A model generated the notes under the pieces. The model was not told where the DNA came from and did not search any database. It saw only the letters and a list, made by a program, of their open reading frames with translations. Positions 1 to 13,147 of a stretch of DNA of 64,000 nucleotides are shown one piece after another. The stretch's first letter is position 1. Each line of letters opens with the position of its first letter. The translations under genes were made by a program, and so were the position numbers. Source of the stretch: Antechinus flavipes (lineage: Eukaryota); the NCBI RefSeq assembly GCF_016432865.1, contig NC_067398.1:137516001-137580000 (forward strand), in the 5' to 3' direction.

Positions 1-959
1 GCACAGTATGGGTAATGAGCAAAGTGAATTGGAAATTTAATATAATTAGCTGAACTTGTCTCCATGGGTATCACTGAAACTTGATGAGCTATGACTCCTA
101 ATTAAAATATGACAAAAGAAAGATATTTCCTATTTGAATGAAACAGAAAATGGTGAGATTTCCTTGATTATCAAGAAGATACATTATTGAATAGTAATCC
201 ACAAAATGGAAATGGAAAGCATTAGCACTTGCCACAAATATATCAGCACCATGGCCAGAGGTCAGGGTAAAGCTGGATGGTTGAGCAACAGAGAGGATGT
301 AGTGCCAAGTCACCTGCAGCCTAGTGACATCGTGTTATATCATTGCAATGTGTGTGGCAGTGGGAAGAGAAAGTACATTACTACCATAGATATTTAAGAG
401 AGAACTATGTTTTCTAAGGTCAATATAATACAATTAGGTTGAGCACACTTTTCTGGTCCTTGCAGCTCAGATTTGTTTATAGAATGAGAGTAAGACCCAA
501 AAGTAAAAAATATTCCATTAACCGGGTTTTTCTCAACATAAAATTTCCTTTCCAGACACATTTTGTCTCTTCTCTGGTGCACAAACCTATATAGAAACAA
601 GTGAAGGAAAGCATATGTGATTGGTGCCATCCTCACATAGCAAGGACAGAGTTTTGCTAAGAGGCATTTCAGAGACATATTTAGTTCTATTTTTATATTG
701 TGTTGCTTGTTATATTCTTCTCTATTATCTTAAGAGTGAATTTTGAAAACCTGAATGTAATGGCAATTTTGGAAGAAAATAGTTGGATGGAATCAAAAGT
801 GGAAGAAACAGATAAGATAGTAGGAAGATGTTCTACAGCCTACCTAGACAGAAGAAGGGAATTGATGATGAACTACAGGAACTAATCATAATATGGGATG
901 AAGGTAATATAATAGAAAAGGGGAAGTCCAAATATTTGAATATCTAATAGATGCAACAG

Positions 960-1130
960 GATAAATGGATTTGAAATCAGAGGAGTTAGATTCTTGGTTC
1001 AAATCCTGACTCTGATATTTATGTGACCATAAGCAAGTCATTCAATCTCTTTGGGCTTCAATTTCTCATTTGTAAAATTAGGATATTGGATTAGATAGCT
1101 CCTAAGTTTCCTCCCAATTCTAATTCTCTA
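960..1130 (+). mobile_element. MIR/CORE-SINE fragment (repeated at ~1342-1485 by the tandem duplication)
   Basis: GGTTCAAATCC B-box-like motif, then GCAAGTCATT..CTCTTTGGGCTTCAATTTCTCATTTGTAAAAT core and a GGATTAGATAGCTCCTAAG tail. Confidence 0.8.
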
Positions 1131-1693
1131 TGATCTCTGCTAAAAATGATGCACTGAGCAATTCTTGATATAACAATAAAAATTTCATCTTTTAGGATGT
1201 GGAAGAAGCAAAAAAGGATTATCATTATTATTATTATAGATCTGTTTCTACCCCATTGAAAGAAACTGGTTATTGAAACAGAAAACACTGGAATCTCGAG
1301 AAAGAGTAACTATGCCATCTTATGTATGTGTATGTATATGAATTCTTGGTTCAAATCCTGACTCTGATATTTATGTGACCATAAGCAAGTCATTCAATCT
1401 CTTTGGGCTTCAATTTCTCATTTGTAAAATTAGGATATTGGATTAGATAGCTCCTAAGTTTCCTCCCAATACTAATTCTCTATGATCTCTGCTAAAAATG
1501 ATGCACTGAGCAATTCTTGATATAATAATAAAAATTTCATCTTTTAGGATGTGGAAGAAGCAAAAAAGGATTATCATTATTATTATTATAGATCTGTTTC
1601 TACCCCATTGAAAGAAACTGGTTATTGAAACAGAAACCACTGGAATCTCGAGAAAGAGTAACTATGCCATCTTATCTATGTGTATGTATATGG
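990..1693 (+). repeat. Direct tandem duplication, 2 x 352 bp (990-1341 and 1342-1693)
   Basis: Both copies start ATTCTTGGTTCAAATCCTGACTCTG. I found 4 substitutions between them. The ORF track shows twin ORFs offset by exactly 352 (1091..1288 and 1443..1640). Confidence 0.97.
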
Positions 1694-1704
1694 ACTTAAT
1701 CCAT

Positions 1705-1744
1705 ATACATACATACATACATATATATGTATGTATGTATGTAT
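1705..1744. repeat. Perfect 40-bp palindrome of (CATA)n facing (TATG)n
   Basis: Base-by-base pairing holds from 1705/1744 inward to a centre at 1724/1725. Confidence 0.95.
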
Positions 1745-2724
1745 GTATAGGTCAAAAGATAGATATATGGAAGGGTATTATAAGGGGAGTCTAATTTTCT
1801 TTAGGAAGAATTTCTTTTAAGACACACTTCTGAAATTGTTTTTCTATTTTTTCATCTTAGATTTATATCTCTGAAATAGACCAGAGGCTGTTTTTTCACC
1901 CTTCGTGGTACTGAATAGTCTTGTTGCTATTTCATGGTATTCCTTTGTTCATCTCTGTTTGGCTCTGGCTAATCTACCATCTTCTATGGTTTCCTGGAGC
2001 CCAGAATTTCCTTGCCAGGCTATTTATTGTATCAAGAAGAGCACAGTTATCTCACAAGCTTTTCATTTCATTAATTTCTACTGAAGCATGAGGTCTATTT
2101 TGAGACTTTTCTCTTGGCATTTAAGTATGTATGAGATTATTATTCCCTTTAGGTAGCAAATTGATCATTCTTCTTCTAGTTACCTGCCAACTTTAACGTC
2201 TGCACTTCAAACACTCATCTATTTAGGTCCTTGTACAACAGTACATTCCTGTGGTTATCCATCTCAAGCCTCTGTTCTGACCAACTCTGCCAGAGGAACA
2301 ATTCCTTTTATTATAAGATAGCTTTATTATGGCAGGCAGCCCTAGTATTGTGAATAGGGAACTGACTTTGGCACTGAGAAGACTTGTGTCAAGTCCTAAA
2401 TCTAATACAGAGGGGACTGTACAACCACAAGCACATCATTAACTTCTCAATACCTTCAGACAACTTTTTAAAGTCCTAGATTACAATGAGATGATGCTCA
2501 GGAATTCCTTAAAATGACAAAACTGTAAATATGAAAAAAAATCCCTTTAATACTAAATTGGTCTTACTAAATTGGACATGTTTATCTTTGGTACTTATAC
2601 CTAACTTATTTAAATGAGTGAAACTTTGTATAATAATATTCTCCTTCTCTTCTTCATATGATCTTATGTAATACAAAAAAAAAAAAAAACAGAAGATATC
2701 AGAAGACAATTTTGAATGCTGATC

Positions 2725-3054
2725 TGTAATGGGCTGAAACTGAGTTGATGCACTGAGGATCAAGCACTTAAGGCTCATTACCAATTGGACAATACTTATT
2801 AGCATATGCTTGGAGAAAGAATGGCCCTGCCCACTACTCTGTGCAGGTTTAATTTGTTGGCATATAGAGAGATTGAGGAGGATTTTAGGAGTGGAGTAGG
2901 ACGAGAAAGGTGGCTCCTGGCTGGAGAAGAAAGAGGAGATTCCTGTGTCCACAAGTTCTCCTCTCCCTTCGATAAAAAATAAAAATCGAGGACTTTCGCT
3001 TATCTTGACTCTGGCTGATTTTAAAGTATCCAGAGTGCTAATATGGTCTTTACA
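2725..3054 (+). mobile_element. Solo ERV LTR (330 bp) with a 6-bp TSD
   Basis: Ends are TGTAA...TTACA. CTGATC flanks both sides (2719-2724 and 3055-3060). Internal CCAAT (~2780), TATA-like CATATAGA (~2861) and AATAAA (~2978). Confidence 0.92.
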
Positions 3055-3154
3055 CTGATCTGAGTTTTTTAAACTTGGCTTTTTAAAAAATGGATGGAGT
3101 TTAACAGGTTAATGGATGGATTGAATAAGGCATCCCAAATATAAGAACCACTGT

Positions 3155-3220
3155 TATGTATCCCAAAAAAACTTAATGCAGTCTTAAACTATTAAAGCTT
3201 AAGACTTTTGGAACACCCTG
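3155..3220. mobile_element. Degenerate short palindromic Tc1/mariner-type MITE
   Basis: GTATCCCAAAAAACTTAATGCAG...TTAAGACTTTTGGAACACCCTG shows imperfect self-complementarity and resembles a recalled ~80-bp marsupial MITE. Confidence 0.45.
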
Positions 3221-3559
3221 AGTAAAGACAGGCATAGAGGAAGAAAATTGAAGGATATCTAATAAGGACAGTTTCTATGAGTAGTACAACTTATATGAGA
3301 TAAGACTAGAAAAGTAATGTGTCAGTTATAGAGCGCTATGAATGTCAGGTGAAGGAGTTTGTACTTCATTTGAGAGATCATAAATTTCGTAGTTTGGAGC
3401 TAGACTTTAGAAATCATCTAGTTCAACTTTCACATTTTATGGATAAACTGAAGTCCATGGTTAAATGGACTAAAAGGTAGTTATAAGAGATTGACCACAA
3501 AAGTGAGACAAAAGCCCTGCAAAAATAGAGAGAGGCATATTGAAGTATAGAATAAGACA

Positions 3560-3975
3560 AGGCTGCCAAGGATAATTAAGGACAACCAAAAATAATTTTG
3601 TAATTATATTGAGGAAAAGAGGAGGAACAAAGAAAACATAGTAGTCAGTGTGGCTGAGATAGTATTAAAGGTAGTTGAAACCATGGTAACTGATAATAAA
3701 GAAAGGATAAAGCCATTACCTTATTTTGTTCCTGTTTTTTCTTCCAAAGAGAATAATCTTTGGGCTGAAAAAGACTGAACCAAAATGGCTAATAGGAAGA
3801 TTAAATACAAGATATGGAGGAGATATTTAGAGAGCATTAAGATACCTGGAGTAGTTCAGTCTACCAGTTCCAAAAACATTGTATCTCAGGGGCCTGAGAG
3901 AACTGGCAGTTGCAGCTGATAAGCCCAATGTCAAAGATCTTGGAAATATATGAGAGTAGTGCCATAGGACCATTG
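3560..3975 (+). mobile_element. L3/CR1 LINE ORF2 fragment (region between endonuclease and RT)
   Basis: Degenerate translation follows the CR1 pattern KDN.K.F..YI..KRR, YF..VFS.KEN.LW and L.ELA...A.P. Confidence 0.75.
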
Positions 3976-4878
3976 AACTGAATTAAATTGTATTGAATCC
4001 ATTAACAAACATGTAAGCATTAGTTAACTTGTTAGATTAGCTAGCTAATTGAGAGGAGGGCTCTGAAGAATCTAGATATCAGCCAGATAAAATTTTGGGT
4101 CAAGAAAAAAAGTTAAGTCAGAACTGCTGTTGAAAAAAGCAAGTAAGATCCTAAAATGGAAGACCCCCAAAATGAATATTGTATAGCTGTGATAAAATAA
4201 AGGAAGAAAGAGCAATATATTCAAAGCACCAACCAAGATGCTTCAGCTACATTGCTCATCTATCTTTGCAGAATAATCTTCATAAAAAACTATAGCATTC
4301 TCATTGGTCATAAAACTCATTTAGTCCCCATCCCTACCTTCACCACATCACTACTGAGCAATTGGGCTGGTTTTAAATACAAGCCAAAGAATGATGCAAT
4401 TATGGACCCCAAAATATCAAAGAAGTCATTTACAATCACATATCTGGGTTTTCTCCTTTTATTCTAATAACTTCCTGACATTCATAAAACCCTAAAAATC
4501 TGCATTCTGAAGCTATTTACTTTGTTAGTGGAAATAAAGAAGAAAAAGAAAACCATTTAAGTGTTTTTATATGGAGTTCTGCCTAACCTCCTGAATCATC
4601 CTCCTGATCTTTAGTGCTTGACAAAAACCTTGCTTGATATTCATAGAGCAGAAATAAAGGATAGGTTTGATCTTTCATATGTGCACTACAGAGTATAAAT
4701 AAGAAAGCAAAGACAGTGTGGGGAGGCAGATTGTTTTCTTGGTTCTTATTCATCATCTTGGTGAACTTTGAGATAGAACTCAGTGACATCTTCTCTTATT
4801 TTGATCCCACTTTATATGACTTTTTGCTTCTGTTCCCATTGTGATAATGCTGATTAGTAGCACTATGGTTGTTGATAT

Positions 4879-5344
4879 TGTTATAGTCAGATCTTAGCTC
4901 TCCCACTATTAGTCCCAGTCATAGTAAATAGAGGTATGGGTCTTTGGTCCTGAGTAACATAGGAGTCCAACCCCAAAGACTATAGCTACATATTAGTATC
5001 ATAATAACCTCAATTCCATTGCTATATATCTCTGCTCCCTGTGCCATTAAAATAATCAACAGAGGGTCTCTCTGCCATGGGAATCCAAGAATCTGATTTT
5101 TAGAACCAAAGGATAATTGATTTCATGGTAGGCAGAGAACTTCAGCCCCCCCTTTTCTATCTATCTGTTCCCTGAGCCCTGAATGGTTGACATTTAATGG
5201 AGAGAATAAGAGGAAATAGAGAGGGAAAACTGATGTGCTTGTATCTAAATGTCATCACTCCTGGAATCTCACTAATATGTTTCCTTCACTAGAACTTCTA
5301 GGGCCCCCTAAACTTCTAAGAGATTAGAAATATTGCTGGTATCA
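4879..5344 (+). mobile_element. Probable solo LTR (~466 bp) with a 4-bp ATAT TSD
   Basis: Starts TGTTATAG and ends GGTATCA, with ATAT on both sides. A TATATAT box (~5023) is followed ~20 nt later by ATTAAA, the usual LTR layout. Confidence 0.5.
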
Positions 5345-6209
5345 ATATATCAAGCACAGGGAACAACAGAGGCTAGTTTGGTTAGTATATAGAGTATATG
5401 TATGCAAAGGTATTACATTTCCCAGGAAATATCTGTGCAACAGATATCCTGAGCAACAGGAAAAAACAGGGAATATGATAGTGAGATTGTGAAGCACTGT
5501 GTCTTTGCTTATGATGTGCCTAGAATGCATTTGCCCCTCTCAGCCTACCTATAAGTCTTAACCATCTTTTAATACTAAGTTAGGAAAAGAGATATCTTGA
5601 CACAAACAGTGATTTTCAGGACCCTTTTAATCATAGTTAAGCTATTATGTACAGGCAAATTTGCCCAGGGAGAAGATGGAAACTAACCAGCTAACCTTTA
5701 AAGTATGGCACTGGAAAGTCAGAACAGAGTTGAAGCACCATGCTTGAACAAGCTGCTTTTTTCATTAGGGATTAACACAAGCACATTATTTCTAATGGGG
5801 TCCCAATTTAATTCCCAAGAGCTGAATGTGGTACAGCTGAAAAAAAAAAAGAATGGCACTATTGGATCCCATCATGGAGAATGATTAAAGTTCTGTTGCA
5901 AAAAGGAATAGTTACTCTGTGTTAGAACACTGTACATGATTTTAAGTCCTGTAGTTGAATTAAATGGAAAGAAAATAAAATGCCAAAATCATCTTCTGGT
6001 TTTCATTGCTCTCATATGAAAGAAAGTGAAATATAATGAGCAGATACATTACATTTGTATTTAAAATACACTACATCTAAAGTAGAAAGAATAGAGATCA
6101 TGTATTGGCAAGTGTTTCATTTCTCTTATAATATATCTACTATCCTATGTTTTCAATTGATTTTCCACCACTTGGAAACTGATTTACTAGATAATCTCTT
6201 TAGCATCAA

Positions 6210-6440
6210 TCAATTTGTCTCCTAATCAACCAATATTTATTGGGTGCTTTGTATGGTATATTGTGTTAGATACTATGGGATAGTACCAAGAAACTTAGAA
6301 GAAAATGCCTTCTTCCATGCACTCACACAATAATTAAGAATATTTAAGACATACACAAGTAATAACTTGATAAACTGTATATGTAATACACTATGAAAGA
6401 TACAGATAATAAGTGCTAATAGAAACTCTGAGGAGAGTCT
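6210..6440 (-). mobile_element. L2 LINE 3' fragment
   Basis: AATCAACCAATATTTATTGGGTGCTTTGTATGG..GTGTTAGATACT is the antisense L2 tail. Confidence 0.65.
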
Positions 6441-7684
6441 CTTGTATTCCAACTAATTACTAAACTTTTCAGTTATCTGAAATTATTGCCAGGAGGAGAT
6501 GCATCTTTTGGCCATCTTTGGGGCTTTTGCTGGTGGTCCCTCTGAGATATGTACCATTCCCTCCTGGGACTCCCCAGGACTTCTCTAAGCATATTGTCAT
6601 GGACATCTAAAACTTTCTACCCTTCTCAGATCAAATCACTGAATATTTGAATAACTGCTTTTCCTTCTGCTACCAGAAATACTAATTTTTGTCACTTTAC
6701 TGAAATATTCAACTAGGAATCACAAGTTGAGAATCAAATTGCTTAGATATGTGAGATCTTATCTCTGGTTTTCTGTCTATCTAACTAGCTAAGTCCCTTT
6801 TTATCTTTTTATCTCTGTCTTTTTTTTTTCTGTTTCATACACAGGAGGCTGGGTGGTAAAGTGGAAAAACTACTGACTTCAGGAGAGTATATGGATTCAA
6901 ATCTCACCTTTGATATTTATGTATCATGTGGCCATGTTCACCCAGACATTAAACCTACAGCCTTTACCCTCATTCTGCTGATTTGCTTATTATCTCCAAC
7001 TGGGATATACATGGGGCCAGATAATAAAAAAAGGAGTGGCAATGGTAACAATCATACTCTTTCAAAGGATCCTTTTAGCAATGGAGCCTCTAAGCCTCAA
7101 AGAGTGTGCTTAACATTTATGAAAAAAAAGTCAGTCACAATAATGCAATTGACTTCTAATATGAAACATTTACTAAACAATAAGGCAAGAACAAGACTGA
7201 TAATTTGTTTTTCAGTACTGTCTGACTCCGTGACCTTATTTGGAGTTCTCTTGGCAAAGATATTTCCAAGAAAAGCATTACCCTTTCCTTTTTTAGGTCA
7301 TTTTATTGTTATGTCCTGTTTGTAGAGCCCCCGTGGTAGGGTGAAAAAACATACCATCTTAGTGGACAAGTGATGAAGCAAGACTCCTGAGGATGGTTAA
7401 AATATGGAGTCCACTTATTCCAAGTTCTTTCACCCTTATATGATCAAAACAACACTGCGGCTAAATATATACTGTGTAATAGGACCACATAAACAACTTG
7501 CTGTTGTATGTAGTTGGCCACTGGTATCATTCTGCTTCAATCACAACACAGGTTGTCACTGCCCCCTGACTTCTCAGGAAGGCTGAGAGCCCTTAGGGGA
7601 GATGGGGAGCCTAACCAGAAATTGTCAGCAGGTTCCCTCTGGGCTAAAGAGTCTTATACCTCACCCAGAGTTCCTCACTATCGG

Positions 7685-7825
7685 AGGCCCTCTACATTTT
7701 ATAGATGAAGAAACTGAGGTAAACAGGTTAAAAGACTTGCTCAGGTAATCTGAGTTTGTATTTGAATTCAACTCTTCTTGATTCCAGGCCTGCTGCTCTA
7801 TCCACTACACTACCTAACTGCTTCA
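7685..7825 (-). mobile_element. CORE-SINE (MIR/Mar1) fragment
   Basis: ATTTTATAGATGAAGAAACTGAGG...ATTTGAATTC...CTCTATCCACTACACTACCTAACTGC. Confidence 0.8.
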
Positions 7826-9542
7826 ATAATAATAATAATAATATTTGTTCAAGAGGGGAAAGAACAGAACTAATCTAAATATAATAGTCCATCTATAAAC
7901 TTAGTCACACAGTGAGCTTGGGAGAACACCTATAGAAACGTAGTAGGAAGGAACAAGAATAAGGAAGTTCATATGCCCAGGGTAGCTTATAATTCAGGAT
8001 GGCAGACCTTAATGTTCTTTAGAGAATATCTACCATCTGTTAGGCAAAACTGCTTCTTTGTTATCTGTTACTCTTCTAGAGGATCTACTAGCAAAGTTAC
8101 TTCTCTGCTACTTTCTGGCTGATAAAGCAGTATCAAGCTTTTTTGGCACCCAGTCACCCCTGAAAGAGTACTGAGAAAGTGTTGCTCTTTTTCAGGTGAC
8201 AGGTAGATTCTTTAATCTGGAGAACTGCCAAGATCCACAGACATGTGTCTTTGAAGAGTTTTTGCCTCTCAAGCTATAACCTGGAATCAAGTCAAAAAGT
8301 CTTTCCCAGCCAGCTCTTCAAATAGAAGGAGATTCTCTTTTTTCTAAACAGGTCTCGGAAAAACAATGCCTTTCTTCCAAACAGAACCAGCTTAAGCAAA
8401 ATAGGGACAAGCCTTCCTGTAAGCTCAATTCTATAAAGTTCTGTATTCTGTCTTCTATAATTGATTGCTATTGTCACAACATGCATCGTTTGCACCCAAC
8501 TTTTCCTTCATTCAGCATAGTCTACTTCTATCTTCAATTGTTCAACTCCTCATCTTCTAATGCTTCAAATCAAGTCCTCCTTATAAAATGATTCATCACT
8601 TATGATGTGAAACGCAACAAATTTCACCTCTGTTTGGTGTGACTCCAAGAATCCTTATATAATCATTCCATAGTCCTCAAAAACTATTTTGATTTGTAAT
8701 TTTTTTGAAACTCTGAAAATAGTCATATGTACATGAAAGATGTGCTATAATACCTTGTAGTCATCTTCCATTCATTATCCTGCCTTCAAATAAGTCCTCT
8801 CAGGACATTTATCAAAAGACCAGTGGTCTCTCAAGTCTTTAGAATAATCTGTATGTATCTTTTTCTTCTCAGGCATTTCTATCTGAGGGGCTTTGTTTCT
8901 TCTCAAGTTGTTTTTAGCAGTGTTCCTCATACAAATGTCCATATCTGAAAGGAATTGTACTTACTATTTGTGTGGCTCTAAGTAAAAACCCCTAACTTTC
9001 TCCTAGGTCTGTTTCCTATTCTGTAAACTGTGGGGTGGGTCTAGATAGCCTCTGAGGTCCTTTTCAGTTCTGTTACTATAATCCTATATGTGTAGCATAA
9101 CTCTATGTATATACAATTACCATGGATACAAGATTACAATATCACATGTAAATAGCCAGTTTCTTATTGATCAAAAGGTATCATGAATAAGATGTTTTAC
9201 ATTTTGGGGGATGAGGTCATGTATATGGAGAACAAAAAAAAGTCCCAGTTCTGCTTGATAGTTGAAATTTGATGATCACTAGGCAGTAGACAGATTGCAT
9301 ACAGCACATTTTCCATCAAGTACAGCCTAAATTTTCATAAATCAAAATTACCTAGTCTACTCAAATAATAAAGAAATACTGGCTATGAGTTGACTTTTTT
9401 CAAAATGAAGTAACTACTTTTGAACTATGGAGAGAGATCATATTTAACTTTCTGAAAAAAAGAACTATATGACCTTGTCTCTAAAAGGAGGAGGGCATTG
9501 AGAGAAGCCATATGTACCTTTTTGCTTAGAATATAGAAAGTA

Positions 9543-9790
9543 GGGCAGCTTGTTTGTATAGAGGACAGTGCTGGGTCTGGATTCAGAAAGATTCATATAC
9601 CTGAGTTCAAATCTGGCCTCAGGCACTTACTAGCTGTGTGATCCTGGGTAGGTTACCTAATCTTCTTTGCCTCAGTTTCCTCATTTGTTAAATGAGCTGG
9701 TAAGGGAAATAACAGACCATTCTAGGACTTTGCCAAGAAAATCCCAAACAGCATCATAAAGAGTCAGACATGACTGAAATGATTGAACAT
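9543..9790 (+). mobile_element. Mar1-type marsupial CORE-SINE, near full length
   Basis: tRNA-like head GGGCAGCT, GAGTTCAAATC, CORE CCTCAGTTTCCTCATTTG and an RTE-like tail TTTGCCAAGAAAATCCCAAA..GAGTCAGACATGACTGAA. Possible TSD ATATAGAA. Confidence 0.9.
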
Positions 9791-10239
9791 ATAGAATCAT
9801 TGAACATATAAATGCTCAAAGTCAACATAACTGAAGAAATAAAGAATAACCTAAAGTATAGACTAAGAGAGAGGCAAGATATGGCAGAGCAAGGAAGTAG
9901 AGGAGAGACTCCTGATTAGTCGTGCTGCTGCAGGAGTCCAAAGACTGATCAAGGCAATGATGCACATCCTTATCTTTTAAAAACTTTATGCAACTCAAAA
10001 GACAAGACTATGGTTCCATTTAAACAATGCTGTGCTGTAAAATCAAAAATACTGACCAAAATCCCTGAGAGTTTTCTTAAAGATTTGAGTATATTTCTAC
10101 TAATTATTAGAATTATCTGTGAAGTTGTTGTTATCTAAGAGATAAATGAAAACTTCTCATGATGTTATTAAATATTAACCCCTCAACTGATGGAAAAATA
10201 ATATCAAGTGTTTCTTTATATGATTCAAGTATTATCAAC

Positions 10240-10560
10240 ATATATACTTATACACAAAATAAAGGAGAAAACCAAGATAAAGGTCAATCAATATTTAGTA
10301 AACACCTGCTTTATGCCAGGCATTGTGCTAAGCATTAGAGATACAGGCAAAAGACTATTATTTCCCTCAAAGACACAACAATACAATGGGGAAAATATGC
10401 AAACAAATGTATGCAGAGCAAGCTGTATACAGGATAAATAGGAAATAATGAACAGAGGAAAGACACCAGAATTAAGAAGAGTTGGATAAAGCTTCCAGTT
10501 AAAGATAGTTGAAGATTTTAGTTGAGATCTAAAGAAAGTCAAGGAGGTCAAGAAGTGTGG
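10240..10560 (-). mobile_element. L2 LINE 3' fragment
   Basis: AATATTTAGTAAACACCTGCTTTATGCCAGGCATTGTGCTAAGC followed by purine-rich L2 antisense body. Confidence 0.75.
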
Positions 10561-10651
10561 AACTCTGCTCTTGTCTGTGACACTTACCTGTGTGGTCTAA
10601 GCAAATCATTTAACCTCTAGATGTCTTAAGCACCTTCCAAGGACAACTTAC

Positions 10652-10726
10652 CAAGTCAGCTTGTGCTATCCAGGCGTGGCTTGTGTCATCAAAAATGTAT
10701 CTATTCCTATTAATCACCAACATTGC
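10652..10726 (-). CDS. Isolated candidate 75-nt exon, phase 0/0 (AMLVINRNRYIFDDTSHAWIAQADL)
   Basis: Acceptor gattctcactctag and donor TTG|gtaagt. Only one frame is open and the length is a multiple of 3. The peptide is not recognised and the flanks are MIR-like. Confidence 0.2.
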
Positions 10727-12789
10727 CTAGAGTGAGAATCATAAACTCTCTGCCTCACTTTCCCTTACATATTCAAGGGAGATGATAATAAGCTTTGCTA
10801 TCTTCCAAGAATATTGTATAAATTTATAAACTTGTGTCCTTTAAAATAGTTTTGGATCAAGGGGCTTTTGTTGCTTTTGACAAGTTTAGTTAGAAATCTA
10901 GTACCTGAAGTTATAATGTAGTGCCAAATAAGTTCTAAATATAGAGATGACAGACAGTCTGGATGTTTTAACTTGATAAGGCAATGAGCTATAAAATTAT
11001 GAACAATGTACTCAGGAAATGGATTTTTAAGCAGTAAGATTCTCCCACTGCCAGCTGAACTTGATTCTCAAGTCTATGCAGCATGAGCAAATAAATTTAG
11101 GGTTGTTTTTTAAAAGGAGCATAGCAGGGAAAGAATTGAGGGTGACCTTTAGTATAGAGTAATAGAACTCACATTGAATTTCGGATCCAATTTTAACTTA
11201 GACTTTTCTGATTCCTTTTGTCTCATATTTTTATTCAGAAAACTGGAAACTCTGCCCTACTAAATAGTGGAAGATCTTTCCACTTATAATTACTATGAAA
11301 TACTAATTTCATAATTAGTATGAAAAACAAGCTAATTTTGATTAAGCACAACAAACTGGAAACACCATCTAATGTCAGCATTGATGATAGGCCAACCTGT
11401 TCTTTAATTTCCCCAAAGACATTCCTATAGAAAGGCTAGATTCATCAAGAGGCTGCCTACTCTCATGGGTCCTGCTCAATGTATCTTACTGATAGAAGGA
11501 GCTCCCATGAGCTCTGTGGTGATCTCTGCCAATTCAGGAGAACATATGGTCTGAGATCTTTTCTATGGTTTTAAGATATTTGCAGTACTATTCAGACACT
11601 GAATGAAGAAAGAACCCTGCAAGTCCCTCCTGTTATAGCTAATGCTTGCCACTCTTTTCTGGGTTACAGTGCTACAAGGCATATCTAAGATGCTTTTTCT
11701 CCAGAGGATTTTCTACATTTTTTGCAGATCAATCACATCCAGAGCAGAGAACACCACCAAAAACTGACAACTTCAGGAATGAGGATGGGAGTTGAGGATG
11801 AAGTAGGGGTTAATTAATGTCACTAAAAGGGAAAGAAAATAAATTTCTTTTAACTTTTTTAAAAGAGAGGTTAGAAGGAATGCTTCAAGTATGAAACAAT
11901 ACATGTACTTTCAGATGAAGTCACTGTATTACTGGTTTTACTTAATTGTTCTATTTTGTTACATGTGGAAATAATCTGTTAGTGTAAGTAATATAAAAAT
12001 AAAATCTCAATAAAGGTTAAAAAATAGACACAGGTGACTTTGCATGAACTATGCCTGGGACAACTATAAGTATATTTTAGATTTATGTGACCAGTTATTA
12101 TTTCAAGAAAATTTACTTTTAAGGAAATTTCTAAAAGGCTCATTCTTGGCTATATCATCTGTCTCCATCTTGGGATTGGAAAACATGATCCCATTATCTA
12201 TGCCTGACCTCAGCTCCATTGTCCTTGCTCTCAAAATAATGTGTTTTTTCTGTTCTAAGGAGCCATGAATTAGCTGTACAGGCTAATTGTTTCTCATTTT
12301 CCTTCAATGAGGGAGGAGTAAAGGAAGAGAATCTATTATTCAAAGGGAGCAAAATGAAAATGTATCACCACAATCCTCAGCGTTTTGACTTTTTGTTCAG
12401 AGAATGATCAATATAGAATTGTCTATCTTAAGTATAAATGTCTTGACACTAAAGATACCATAGAGTGTTCTCATAGAAAGACTATTTAATCTGGAGTCAT
12501 ACAAGTTCTAACTTTGTATTTCTGGTCTGATCCTTGCTACCTATATGATACTGAGTTTCAAAGACCTTAATTGCTTGCTATATGACCAGGAGAAAGTTCC
12601 TTTTCTCTAACTGAACCTCAGTTTTTTCAACTAAATCACTTCCAAAGTCTCTCCCAGCTCTAAATTCCATGATCATGTTTTTGCCAAACAATTAAGACAT
12701 TGTCTACCTCATTTTGGACCAGATGAAATGTGATTTCATCTCTGTCTGAAACTCTTGGTAAGGAAATCCCTCCATCAATAGCGAGAATT

Positions 12790-12925
12790 TCAAAGAGTTG
12801 GCAAGGGCCCTGAGTGTTTAAGTGACCTGAACCAAGACACACAGCCAATATATGGCAGAGACAAGACCTGAACTCAGATCTTCCTGATTCTAAACCTAGC
12901 TGTCTAGCTACTAAGCTACAGTTCT
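12790..12925 (-). mobile_element. MIR fragment
   Basis: TTAAGTGACCTGAACCAAGACACACAGC...GACCTGAACTCAGATCTTCCTGATTCTAAACC. Confidence 0.75.
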
Positions 12926-13147
12926 TTTTCATTTTTAAGATCTATCTAATTATGGATTCTTAATTAACAAGCATTTTTCATCAAAATAATTATTTATGTT
13001 TAGATTACTAGAGACATGACCTTGAAAGAATCCCAGAAAATTCCTTAATTAAATTACTATTGGGAGGTTACTAACAACTAGCTCACCAGTTGATTGACAA
13101 GAAATTACAGGGGAAATCCATTCAAGAGTCCTGAGGTTTTGTTGGTT

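Noticed and set aside
2509-2952. 147-aa minus-strand ORF
   Set aside because: It runs antisense through the solo LTR and an A-run, so it is a chance ORF.
4583-4789. YEYQARFLSS resembles a C-type lectin (CLEC5A-like) motif
   Set aside because: The conserved Cys and Trp residues are missing, there are no splice sites and no further lectin-domain exons.
6861-7325. 154-aa ORF, the longest non-LINE ORF
   Set aside because: It starts at a GTG inside a MIR fragment, has no recognisable domain and no convincing splice context.
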